64,000 bases of DNA from the human T2T-CHM13v2.0 reference genome, Homo sapiens, in assembly GCF_009914755.1 (NCBI RefSeq), contig NC_060939.1; one strand, given 5' to 3'. Shown here in pieces: positions 21,297 through 39,100 of the stretch. Numbering within the stretch: position 1 is the first letter of the stretch; each line of letters begins with the position of its first letter. The translations under genes were made by a program, and so were the position numbers. A model generated the notes under the pieces. That model was not told the DNA's origin. It was given only the letters and a program-made list of their open reading frames with translations, and did not search any database.

Positions 21297-21640
21297 TGCA
21301 GCCATAAAAAAGAACAAGATTATGTCCTTCGCAGGGACATGGATGGAGATGGAGGCCATTATCCTTAGCAAACTAAGGCAGAAACAGAAAACCAAATGCT
21401 GCATATTCTCATAAGTGGGAGCTAAATGATGAGAACACATGGACACATAGAGGGGAATAACAGACACTGGGGCCTTTTGGAGGGAGGAGAGTGGGAGGAG
21501 GGAGAGGGTCAGGAAAAACAACTAGCAGGTACTAGGCTTAATAACTGGGTGGTGAAATAATCTGTACAACAAACCCCCATGACACAAGTTTACCTACATA
21601 ACAAACCTGCACTTGTACCCCTGAACTTAAAGTACAAAGT
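21297..21640 (+). mobile_element. L1PA 3'UTR fragment
   Basis: atgtccttcgcagggacatggatggag...aacctgcacttgtacccctgaacttaaa. Confidence 0.9.
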
Positions 21641-21811
21641 ATATATTAAATATAAACTATGTATATGCAAATAAAAGTACAAAATGGCATTTTTAAGGTA
21701 ATATCTGTATGGCTTCATCTTGGAAAGAGTGCAATAATTTTGCCCTAGCTCCCCACAGGGTAGCCTTTGCTGCAGCCATGCTTGATATATCCACGTTGCT
21801 GACAAGAGCCT

Positions 21812-22185
21812 TGATATGGTTTGGCTCTGTGTCCCACCCAAATCTCATCTCCAGTTGTAATCCCCAGGTGTCAAGAGTGGGGCCTGATGTGAAGTGATTG
21901 GATCATGAGGGCAGTTTCCCCCACGCTGTTCTCATGATAGTGAAAGAGTTCTTATGAGAATTGATGGTTTTAAAAATGTTTGGCAGCCCCTTGTGCTCTT
22001 TTCTCTCTCTCACGGGCTGCCGTGTAAGATGTGCCTTTGCTTCTCCTTTGTCCTCCGCCATGATTGTAAGTGTCCTGGGGTCTCCCCAGCCATTTGGAGA
22101 TGTGAGTCAATTAAACCTCCTTTACAAATTACACAGTCTCAGAAGACTGCTATTCTTTATAGCAGTGTGAAAACGGACTAGTATA
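21812..22185 (+). mobile_element. MaLR LTR (MSTA/THE1-like) with 5-bp TSD AGCCT
   Basis: tgatatggtttggctctgtgtcccacccaaatctcatc start; atagcagtgtgaaaacggacta end. Confidence 0.9.
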
Positions 22186-22798
22186 AGCCTCAACATTAGC
22201 AGTGGCAAGTGTACATAGGCAGGTACCAAACTTTACATCTATTTGTTTGGAACCAAACTAAAGATACAATAAAAATACTTAAAAAAAAAAGAATAGATAC
22301 AGCAATGACATCAAGGCAAATGTTTGGAAGAAAAAAAGAGAATCAATTAGAAATGTGGAGAAAAGCAAATATCTATTCAAATAAGTCATGGTCCAAATAT
22401 GAAGGAAATTAAAGTGTCACCTAATTTTAAATAGTTGGTGAATGATGGAAACCTTGATGCCTGTCATATTTTCCTTTGTGTGAGCCAGATAAATGACCCA
22501 GGACTACCTTCCCTTCTCCTTGACTTCAATCCTACTTTGCGGTTCAGCAGTGAACAATCTCCATGTAATCACAACAATGTCAAAGCTGCTGGTTTCTCCA
22601 TTTTTTTAGAATCAACATAGAGACTAAGTACAAAAACTGAATGATGATTAAAGAGTAAGATGTAAGCAGGACCTCAATGATTAAAGAAGGATATGTACAT
22701 GTTCATCATGTCAAGCACCTTGTAAAAGTGGGGCTGATTGAATTAGGAAGATGAAACTTGTCAGGAGAGGAAGGAGGAGTATGGAGTGAATTTCCTCA

Positions 22799-23294
<496 letters not shown>

Positions 23295-23496
23295 CTACAC
23301 ATGATCAATCAATAAAGAGTGATAAAACGTGTTATGGCAATGTGTGGAAGCAACTTCCAGGAGACCTAAACACAGAGGCAGTTAAATGCTTTGGGAGGCA
23401 ATTAAATGCTTTGGGAGACCTAAACACAGAGGCAGTTAAGTAAAATGCATTTGTGCAGCAATATGCCAGGGATGTTTTGAGAAATGGTTTTGCATT

Positions 23497-23799
23497 GTTT
23501 TTTGTTTTATGTTTTAGAGATGGGATCTCATTCTCTCACCCAGGCTGTAGTGTAGTGGTGCAGTCACAGCTAACTGTAACCTCAGATTCCTAGGCTCAAG
23601 CAATCCTCCTGCCTCAGCCTCCAAAGTAGCTGGGACTATAGGCATGCACTCCCATGCCTGGCTAATTTTTTTTATTTTTTGTAGAGATGGTGTCTCACTA
23701 TGTTGACCAGGTTGGTCTTGAACTCCTGGCCTCAAGCAATCCTCCCAAATCGGCCTCCCAAAGTGCTGGAATTACAGGTGTGAGCCACCACATCTGGCC
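23497..23799 (-). mobile_element. Alu (AluJ)
   Basis: ggctcaagcaatcctcc AluJ diagnostics. Confidence 0.92.
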
Positions 23800-23989
23800 A
23801 AGAAATGTGGTTTTTAAAACCAACATAAACTCTCTAGATATTCCTACTACCTTTCATAAGCAGCAGAGCCCTTTTTGCAAACACAAATTTATCCTGACTC
23901 CTAATCTATAAAATGGATCAAAGAAGCTGCTTTGACTGAAGAAGAAGTAGGAGGCTTGGAGTCCTTTATCATGCAGACTTATGTGTGTT

Positions 23990-24270
23990 CACACACACAC
24001 ACGCTCATCCCCATGTCACACACACACATTAGTACTCCTCAACACTCCACACACACTGCTCATCCCATATCACACACACACAATACCCTCCCAATGACAC
24101 CCACATACACACTATACCACCCATGGCCACACACATTACTCACCTACACAAAATCATACCACATACAGGCACACCACATATCACATGCACACAGACACCC
24201 TATACACACATACAGACACACACATAGACACACACATACACACACACACATAAACACACACACACACAGA
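23990..24270. repeat. (CA)n-rich simple repeat
   Basis: Imperfect CA dinucleotide tract. Confidence 0.9.
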
Positions 24271-24618
24271 GTTCTCTAGGCCTCCAGGGTTTCATGGAAC
24301 ATAGTTTGAAAAATCATTGCCCTGGATGGAAGCATTGCATTAAATTTTAATAAGCTATTTTATTTCTTCTTCTTTTTCTTTAAAAAGGTAAAAACCCACT
24401 TTCATCAGCAACGATAAAATATTTGGTGATTAATTTCTTCAGGAGTACTGGTTTGAATGTGGAATTACTTCTTGTTGGTTCTTTGAAGTTAAACAGTGAC
24501 ATCTTCTAATGAGCCTAATAGATTACATATCATATCATCAGAAACCCCACATAATTTCCTGAATTCCATGTCACAAGGGAGAACATACTAATAGGTCACT
24601 TGTACAAAGTCAAGATCA

Positions 24619-25197
<579 letters not shown>

Positions 25198-25394
25198 TCA
25201 TTAGAACCAAGACGGGGAAATTGGACAGAACACTGCGGAATGCAGTGATTGCAAAGGAACCCATCTGATGTTTACACTCTAGGAGCTGAGGCCCTCAATG
25301 AACCAGTTACAAATAGAAACGGTTCTGACCTCAGCCCATGATGGTCCAGGAGCACCCACAGACCTCTGCCCCACAGAAACAGCGAGCCTTGTCA

Positions 25395-25682
<288 letters not shown>

Positions 25683-25759
25683 TTACAAAATGACCACAGA
25701 GACTGACACGTAATAAAATGATCCTGAGCACTAAACAGTTTCAAAGCAAGTGCTGTTGA

Positions 25760-26138
<379 letters not shown>

Positions 26139-26584
26139 TGACTTTATTATTTTCCCCATCCCTTCTGGCACCCTCGAGAGGAGGGAGCTACACTCCGAAA
26201 TCTCAGTCGCCATCGGAGATGCAAAGTCGTATCTAATCAGACAGGAGATATTTGTAGGAATTAGAATTTTGAAGAGGCCATCTTATGTGCACGACAAGAG
26301 TACCTATTCCTTGTAAATGGAACGGAAGAGGGAAGGAGTGGGAAATAAAATAACAGAACTTTGTAAACATGCCTGACAGGGTGGTATGTGGCCCTTTTCC
26401 CCAAGACTATCAATCTGAGTAATATTATGAGCCTCAGAGGGTGTTGTGTGGTGTCATGCCCCACTTGCTAAAGTTTGAAAGCACCAGGGGCCCTCCCCTG
26501 TGTGGGCTCGTTCAGCTTCTGTCATGTGGACACAGCCACCAATTTGGTATGCATTTGTACTGTCTCTCAGAAAAGGCCGGACTA

Positions 26585-26845
<261 letters not shown>

Positions 26846-27221
26846 TTAAATCTATATATGAATGAGTCAGACATATCTCTGTCTTTGATTTGAGACTTTG
26901 CTGTGGGAGGATATCCTGACACAGGAGACAAAAAGTAACCATAGTCAAACATCGTATTCTCACTTGTCCTAAATTCCAGCTTTGTTGCAAACTTTCTAAG
27001 GGCAAATGAAGTTGGAAATGAGGGAGAGAGAATTCCATCAGGAACACCCTGCCTCTGATGGTTCCCCTGGATGCTGACCTGAGGAAATGGGAGAGGAGAT
27101 CTAGCAAATCTTCCTGATTTAAACACGTTTGGAATGTCTAAGCAGACCACTTTAGATTTTCTCCTTGGCCCGACAAAGAGGGAGTTACGAACCCGCCCTT
27201 CCTCGCGCGTCAGAAATCCTA

Positions 27222-27972
<751 letters not shown>

Positions 27973-29136
27973 TGATGTTGGGGCTACTTCAAGGTGACCA
28001 CTGAGAAATATTGGAAGGTATTCCTGGCTGGAAAAATATCCCCCTGGCTGTCCTAGCCTATGGTCTGAAATTCCCACCCTGATGGCTGTCCCTGAAGAAT
28101 AAGATGATGAAAGGGGATCTGGACCAGCCAGGGAAATTGCAGTTCAATTCCTGGCTTCTCCCTTATGACACTGGGCCAATCACCAAATCACCAAGAGCCT
28201 TAGACAGCCATTTGTAAAAGGTGAACAATCACAGTGCTTCCTTTAACTCCTGCAGTTGTAAAAATATCAGAATATGTGTTTGGCTAGCAAATAATTTTGT
28301 AAACGTTAAGTAGCATACAAATGAGGTACACTGTTCTTGTTGACGTTTCTGTCTTCAGTGGCTGGAATAAAGTGCAGATCTTGGACGCAGCCACTTGGAC
28401 CACTAGTGGCCCATCAGTTAATGACCTGTTCCCAGAGTCCTCCCTCTGTCTCTATCAGTTAATAGGACTCTTCAAGAACACAGTGGGTACCAACTAACTT
28501 TTGGTGGCAGAACCTGCAGGCATGGCTCTGGGAAGCAAGAGGTGGCAGGAAGATTCCAGGAAGTTGGGATTCTGGAATGGGAAGGAAATGGGAGTGGAGG
28601 CACATTTGCCTACTTCCTAATTTTATGCCACACTGGCCATGACAGATCACACTCTGAGCCTATTTCACCAGCTGTCCATTAGTTGTGATGGGAATTAGTT
28701 GATCGATATTAACTAAAGGCAAGTGGAAGTATCGTTGGTCTCAGCTCTGAAGGGCTTCAGATAAAAATCTGCCAGCATTGGTTAAGAGAAGATTGGAGAA
28801 TTTCAAATGAGCCATTTCAGAGTTTCTAATTTGCTTCCATGAGGTGTTTCTACAGTCAGGGACTCTTACATATGTTGAATAACTCTGCTGTGTCCACCAG
28901 AGTAATTACAGCTAAGTTCATTTCAGCAGACATGCATTGAGGGTCTGCTTTGTGCAAAGCCCTGACCAGGAGATATTGGAAAAATGAACTAAGATATCCT
29001 GGACTCCGCCTTTGAGATTTCCAACCCAAGCAAGGATTGATATTTTCAATCTTTAGGAATATGGTGGCCAAATCACCTTCTTTTCGAGCAACAGAGTAGA
29101 ACAGGTTCTTCTTGGCTTAGGCTGGAGTCCTCGAAG

Positions 29137-29246
29137 CTCCGTGCTGTGGGAAGTGACAACTGAGCACCCCTTTGCTGTCCCTGCCCTGCTCAGAGCCCTA
29201 GGCGAAGGATGACAAAGGGAAGCCCACAAGTCACATGGCCAGGTGA
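29137..29246 (-). ncRNA. MIR211: pre-miR-211 stem-loop (5p 29221-29200; 3p 29184-29164), in the intron between exons 7 and 8
   Basis: Minus strand contains UUCCCUUUGUCAUCCUUCGCCU (miR-211-5p) and GCAGGGACAGCAAAGGGGUGC (3p) forming a hairpin; basal UG at -14/-13 and a downstream CNNC (CAGC) are present. Confidence 0.99.
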
Positions 29247-30145
29247 AATGGGGTGTTGTAAAAACTTACAAGTCCAGAAAAATTAGAGATGTGAGAACAA
29301 AAAACATTCAGTCATCGACCAATGTATTCTTCGAGATCTGATTCTCGGAAATCTACAACTTTTCCTAGTAGGCCATCCCCATTCTACCCACTCTGCAGCA
29401 TCACAGTCCCATACATGATGATTCCCAATGACCATTCGCCAGGACTAGATGGTCTCCCACAAAAATCTTGCCAGTAATGGGAAAAACAAACTGCTCTTTC
29501 AGATCATTTAACAATTGTTTGACGTTAAGAATTACTGGAGTATAAACATGCTCCAAGAGATTATACCAGTTATTGTAATTCTAACCAGTTGTTATCATTG
29601 TTTCTTCTGGTTGAGGTTTGCGTCTTTCTCTCTAGTTCGACCTCAGCTTTCGTCTGACAGTGACAGCTCCCCCTCAGGACCAGCAAGGATGATGCCCCTT
29701 CAGGAGCAGATGGCTCCTGCAGCCCTCTCCAGATATGTCCCCACCTGGCCATCTTAGTCTACATGAAAGGCCCAGCATTACAGAGATATTTAATAATCAC
29801 ATAATACTTATCAGCAAATAGAAAGAATCCTACTAAATCTTTGAGAAATTGTTTTCCTGTTAAAACACTTAAAAAATAACAACTAATTACAGGGAACAAG
29901 AACCACTGGGCAACAGGGTGGGCAAGGCCATCACCATGGCGAGCACTGAGGGTTATTTCGTGCTAACTTGTGAACCTGGGGCAAAGCATCCCCATGTAGC
30001 CCAGTGAATGTGATTTGGTAGGTGGCTAAGGTAAGACATCTAGGTGAGTCATTTTCTGTTGACCTAACAAGAAGCAAGGTTAATCTTCTAATCCCCTTGG
30101 GCAATCAATCTCCTTCTCAGCCTTGTTTCCACTGTGATGGCATCA

Positions 30146-30454
<309 letters not shown>

Positions 30455-30544
30455 TTATTCTCACATCTCTACCCTGCCTTTTGAAGGTTTTATTTTTGCC
30501 AATTGTTACATTAAAATAGAAAGAAAGTTAATTGTTTTAGATAA

Positions 30545-31326
<782 letters not shown>

Positions 31327-31957
31327 TTACTTCCCAGCACACCATCATTCATGAAATTTAGGGACACTTGCCCTGAGTCCCTACATTCCCTACAGATCAG
31401 GGGTGAGACACACTCATCTTTATCATTAAAACAAAGTACACTGAAAGTCTGAGCTCATGATAACGAGCAATCTTGCATTAACTCTAGAAACGGGAAAACA
31501 AAAACAGAAACCAAAGCAACTGTGTAGGGATTTCCTTTACAGATGTCTAAGGCCTAAAGCTGGAAATAACTGGAGTCTTTTTGGCATTCCTTGGCTGCCT
31601 TCAGTGAAAATTGAGAGCCATACTGCCTGGTATGTTCCTTAATGTCTTTGTGCCTCAGTTTCCTGTCCTATAACAGGAAAAGGATTGTCGAGAGGTCTAA
31701 TGAAGATGATGCTTGTACAGGGCTCAGTTCAAGGAATATTGCATGTCATGGGTGACCCAGAGATGTTGACCATTATGACAATCATTACTATATTTGCTGT
31801 TTTTTTTTAAGAGTCATATCAAAGTAAAAAACACAAGCTAGGGAATAAAGACTTCACTTTAGTCATAAATAGGATCAGGATGCAATATGTTTTGTTGTCC
31901 TTAGTTATTAGGAAGCTCTTTGGGGACCACAGTGAGTTCTGGGTGGTACATTGATTA

Positions 31958-32218
<261 letters not shown>

Positions 32219-32410
32219 TCAGCCTCTGTTCTTGGTTTTGCTTCTCGTGTCAAAGGGGAGTGAGGCTATTGCTCATGTCCAAGCAAGAACTGCCTGGCTT
32301 GTCTCTTCCTCAGGGCCCTGGAGCCCTCTGTGTGAGTCTGTGGCCAAGTGACTGAAGGGAACTTTGGAGAGGATTGTCAGGTTTAGCAAATACAAATAAA
32401 AGATGCCTGG

Positions 32411-33091
<681 letters not shown>

Positions 33092-34135
33092 CCCAGTTAA
33101 ATTTGAATTTTAGAGGAACAATGAAAAATGTTTCAGTACAACATTTTTATTAAATGCAATAAATCATGCAATATTTGGGACATACTTGTACTGAAAATTT
33201 ATCCAATGTATGTCTGAAGTTCAAATATAACTGGGTGTCCTGTATTTTATCTGGCAATCCTAATGTTGGAGGAATAGGTTCCAAAGCTGGCTTAGCTAGA
33301 ACAGTGGCCCAAGAAGTTGGATGAGGATGTTGTTGAGTAAATGGGTCAGGCGATCATGGGCCCACCCATGAACTTGACCTCTTCAAAGTGAGGAGGAGGC
33401 TAATAATGCTCAGATGCCTTGTCTCCTATAAACTGCTTCTTTGTGTCTGGGCTAATATGTAGGGTGCCATTTCAGAAGACTGTATATTGCAGCATTTGGA
33501 ACACAGCTAAATTTTATTTTAACAATGATGTTGGGCCAGTGAAATAAAATGAAATTGCAAAAAGTCTGTGACTGGGCATGTAGGAGTGTAATTCAGAGTG
33601 AGCTGGAACGGATCACAGAGCTGAAGCCTCCCCCACGCTGGCAGGGCTCACTGGAAGGGCAGAGGGCACTCCCTGTTTACATGCAAATGTGAGGGACCTT
33701 GGTCCTTCTCGGGCCAGCTGAGCGCAGGCCCAGGGAAGCTGTGGACAGACCTCAGAGGAAAATATTTCCAAAGACTCTCAACACATCTAAGGGGGCTGCA
33801 GGTCCACAGTTATTAGAAAAATGAATTTGTCTTCCTTTACTGAAGATGGAGCAATGGAGTGTGTTTGCAGGGTTGGGCCAGAGCCTGGTTTGTGGATTCA
33901 GAGCTTTGGTATGGATTTACGGGACACTAGATGTTCTTTACAGTGGTGTCCAGTTTCCAAGCCTCATGGCTAAAAGCCATGTGCACAGATATATCTCTTG
34001 GTTTTTCAATGAAATATCTAGGAAGATTGAGCCACAGCCATGAAGAAGACCAGGTATCTGCAGTTTGGGGCTGGGAGACTGGCCGCCAATGAAAGCTGTG
34101 ATCCTAGTGGCACCATGTCTGAATGCCTTTCTCAC

Positions 34136-34331
34136 CATGGCTTTATTGGAATATCCGCCACCCTGGAATTCAAGAACTCCATAGGAATCTGTTGGGTAGC
34201 TCTGGGTGTGCTTGGCAACAGACCATTTCTCAGGCTGAGTCTCCACCTGTTTGCTTTCCTCTTCATTTTTGCTGGGTGTTGCACTTGGCAGAGGGGGGAT
34301 ATGCTGGTTGGTGAACTGGCCACAGCAACAC
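34136..34331 (-). CDS. TRPM1: TRPM1 exon 4, 196 nt: [10 protein letters not shown]...GGGYSNKAM
   Basis: gttttcag|GTG ... GCCATG|gtgaga; phase 2 to 0. Confidence 0.98.
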
Positions 34332-34700
34332 CTGAAAACAAAGGCAAAGCAGGGTCTTTCTACAACAATCTCCCCCTTTCCCCTTCATTAGCAAAAATGA
34401 ATTAACCTCAACAGGTGAGTTGGGCCCAAACAGGAGCCTACTAACACTTCAGTAAGCCAGCGTTATTAGGGACAGAAATGCCCCATCTGATGGCCTTTTC
34501 CAGATAATCAGTGCACATCTCTTTATATGCCAGTCGATTTTAGACACATTGGATGGTTGCTCTTTCGGAAAATATTTCAACTTTTTGATGTCTTGATAAC
34601 ATCAGTATAAACATCAAGTACTAAACATTCTGTGACAAAGTATAGACATGCCCTCCGAACATAGAGTTGACCTTCCAGATTTTTCTTTCTCTTGTCATTC

Positions 34701-34924
34701 AGGTTGGAGTGTAGTGGCGCTATCATAGCTCACTGCAGCCCAGACCTCCCCCAAGCTCAGGTGATCCTCTCACCTCAGCCTCCCTAGTAACTGGGACCAC
34801 AGGCACACACTACCATGCTCAGCTAGTTTTTATATTTTTAGTAGAGACAGCATTTTGCCATGTTACCCAGGCTGGTCTCGAACTCCTGGGCTCAAGCAAT
34901 CCGCCTGCCTTGGCCTCCCAAAGT
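34701..34924 (-). mobile_element. Truncated AluJ
   Basis: Partial Alu consensus. Confidence 0.85.
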
Positions 34925-35773
34925 TCTAAAATTACTTACTTAGGTGTCAGCCAAATTTTTCCATATTGTTGAATTGTTCTGTTCCTTAGTAAAACATTTC
35001 TCCACTCAAGTAATGCTAAAAGGCTATTTCAAAAGTGACCAATATGTCTTTTTCTGCCTTGGACAGATGGCCCATTGGGCCATAACCCGCCCCAGCATCA
35101 GGGATCTTCTAGCTCTACAGCATCTCTCCCAAAACCCAGCCAACCTCTCACGCCCTCCCTGAACTCTGGCTTTCTAGTCTTCTCTGAACATGTTCCCTGG
35201 CTTTGTGCCAGCTTCTTTTCCTAGTGTGCCTAGGATTTCATCTGTTACTCCATCATTTTTGGCTGCCACTGTTTTGAGTGGACTGGACCCACCAAAAACT
35301 TGAAAAGTTTGTTAGGAAGAACTGCAGTAGCCTGGAGTGATGCCTTGGTGGAGATGGAATCCAGGGAAGGCATGGAGGGAGGTCTGTTCCTGGACCCAGC
35401 AGGAGCCTGTGTGGGCAGCCGTGCACCCTAGCAAATGGGGTGGGAGAGCTGGGGATGGAGTTGGCTTGAGGACTAGAGAGGATGTCTTTACTGGGCTAGA
35501 TGTGCGAATGCGTGCACGTGTGTAATGCACATGTGCAGGGCCCTTGCCAGAAGGCTTTCTGTGCTCCCATGGGGCCAGCCTTGGGGCTTCCTCCCTGCCT
35601 TGTCTTTCCTTTTGTTTTCCTTTTTCTTTTCCCTCCTCGCTTCCCCATTCTCTCCCTCCCACCCTCCTTCTGATGGCCTTCCATCTTCCCTCCCTCACTC
35701 CCTCCCTCTTTCTCTCTCTCTTTTTTCCTTTTATTGAGATATAATTCATGTAATACATAATCAACCCATTTCA

Positions 35774-36193
<420 letters not shown>

Positions 36194-39100
36194 TCATCAC
36201 AGTTAATTTTCGAACATTTTCATCACCTCAAAAAGAAACTTGGCATGGCATATTTTAAGTTATCTTCCTTCTCACCACCATCTATCTACCTGTGCACCAC
36301 TCCCCAAGCCATAAGCAACCTCAAGTCTACTTTTTATCTCTGTGGATTTCCATGTTCTAGACACTTCATATGAATGCAGTCCTGTAATATCTGGTCTTTG
36401 GAGATCAGCTTCTTAGCATGTTTTCAAGGTTCATCCATATTGTAGCATGTGTTGGTACTTCACTCCCTTTTATGGCTTAATAATATTCTCGTATGAATGG
36501 ATGAACATTTTGTTTATCTATTTATCATTTAATGGACATTTGGGCTATTCGCACTCTTCAGCTGTTATGAATAATGCTGCTATGAATATTTATGTAACAA
36601 GTTTTTGAGTGGATGAATGTTTTCATTTTTCTTGGGTATACACTAGGCATGGGATTGCTGGGTCATACGGTTACTCTATGTTTAATCTTCTGAAGAACCA
36701 CCAAACTGTTCTCCAAGGTGGCTGTATCATGGTACATTTCCACCAGCAGTGTCTGAGGGTTCTGATTTCTCCATATCCTCTCCCACACACTATCTTACAT
36801 TTTCATTCTAGTCTTCCTTCTGAGTGTGAAGCAGTTTATCATCATGGTTTTGATTTGCATTTCCCTGAAGAATAAGGACATTGAGCATTTTTCATGTGCT
36901 TATTGACTATTTGTGTATCTTCTTTGGAAAGATGTCTATTCATTTCCTTTGCCCATTTAAAAAACTTGGGTTATTTATTTTTTTTTAATTATTGGATCTC
37001 TTTCCGTATTCTGGATACAAGTCCCTTATCAGAGACATAATTCACAAATATTTTCTCCCATTCTGTGGGTTGTCTTTCCACTTTCTTGATAGCGTCCCTT
37101 GAAGCACAGTGTTTAATTTTGGTAAAGACAATTTTTTTGTTGTTTTTGTTGTCCATGTTTTTGGTGTAATATCTCAGAATCATTTGCCAAATCCCAGGTC
37201 ATGATTTACCCTTACATTTTCTTCTAAGAGTTTTATAGTTTTAGCTTTGACATTTAGGTGTTTGGTCCATTTTAACTTTTATAGATAGCATGAGGTAAGG
37301 GTCCAAGACTATTCTTTTGCATGTGGCTATCCAGTTATTCCAGTACCATTTGCTGAAGAGACGACTACTATTTCGCCATTGAAAGTACTTTTCACCCTTG
37401 CCAAAAATCAATTTGCCATAGGTGTATGGGTTTATTTCTGGACTGTCAATTCTGTTCCATTTGTCTATATGTCTATCCTATGCCAGTATCGTTGTCCTTT
37501 TATTACTGTAGCTTTGTATTAAGTTTTGAAATCAGAAAATGTGAGTCCTCCTATTATTCTTTTTGATGCAATTATAGATAAATTATGTTGCCAGTTTCAT
37601 TTCCATATAGTTCATTGCAAGTGTATAGAAATACATTTGATTTTTGTGTATTGATCTTATATGCCACAATCTTGCTGAACTCATTTATTAGTTCTAATAT
37701 TTTTTGGTGGATTCCTTAGGATTTTTCTATGTATAAGATTATGTCATCTGCAAATAGAGAGTTTTACTTCTCTCTTTCCAATCTCAATATTTTTTCTTTC
37801 TTTATTTCTCTTACCTAATTGCTTTGGCCTGTACTTCCATTAAAATGTTGAATAGAAGTAGCGAGAGAGGACATCCTTATCTTGTTCCTAATCTTAGGAG
37901 GAAAGCAATCTTTCACCATTAAGTCTGATGTTAACTGTGGATTCTTTATAGCTGTTCTTTATCGGGTTGAGGAAGTTCCCTTCTATTCCTGGTTTTCCGA
38001 GTGATTTTTTATAAAGAGTGTTGAGTTTTATCCAAGTCTTTTGCTGTGCCTATTGAAAAGATCATGTGATTTTTGTTTCTACTATATTGATATGCTATAT
38101 TACATTATTTATTTTTCTAATGTAAACCAACTTTACATTCCTGGGATAAACCCTGCTTGGTCATGGTGTATCATTATTTTTATATGTTGCTGGATTTGGT
38201 TTGATAGTATTTTGTTCAGAATTTCTGCACCCATGTTCATAATAGATATTGATCTATAGTTTTCTATCTTGTGATATCTTTGTCTAGTTTGGTATCTGGG
38301 TAGTACTGGCCTCATTAAATGAGTTGGGAAATGTTCCCTTCTCTGCTATTTTCTTGAAGAGTTTGTGAAGAATTGGTATTAACTCTTCCTTAAATGTTTT
38401 TTAGAATTCATCGAAAAAGCCATGTGGGCCTGGGCTTTTCTTTGGACAGTTTTTTTATTACTAATCCTATCTCTTTACTCCTTATAGATCTGTTCAGATT
38501 GTACATTTTTTCTTGAGTCAGTTTTGGCAGATTGTATATTTCTCAGAATTTTCCCATTTCATCTAAGTTATCTAATTTGTTTGCATATAAGTCATAGTAT
38601 TCTTTCATACTCATTTCTATAAGGTTGGTAGTAATGTCCCCTCTTTCATTTCTGAGTCTAGTCATTTGAGTCTTATCTTTCTCTTCTTTTATGACTCTAG
38701 CTAAAGATATGTGAATTTTGTTGAGGTTTTTAAAGAAGAGCTTTTAATTTCATTGAATTTCTCTACTTTTCTATTCTCTTTTCCATTAATTCCACTTTAA
38801 TCATTATCTCCTTCCCTCTACTTGCTTTAGGTTTAGTTTACTCTTCTTTTTCCAGTGTCTTAAGGTAGAAAGTTATGTTACTTATTAAATATCTTTCTTA
38901 ATATAGGTATTTACAGGTATAAATTTCCCTGTCCGTACTACTTTACCTGCATCCCCTAAGTTTTGGTTTGTTATGTCTTCATTTCCATTTACCTAAAAGT
39001 ATTTTCTAATTAACCTTCTGACATTTTCTTTAACCTAGTGGTTATCTGGTAGTGTATTAATTTTCACATATTTATGAGTTTCCAATTTTTTTCCTCCTAT

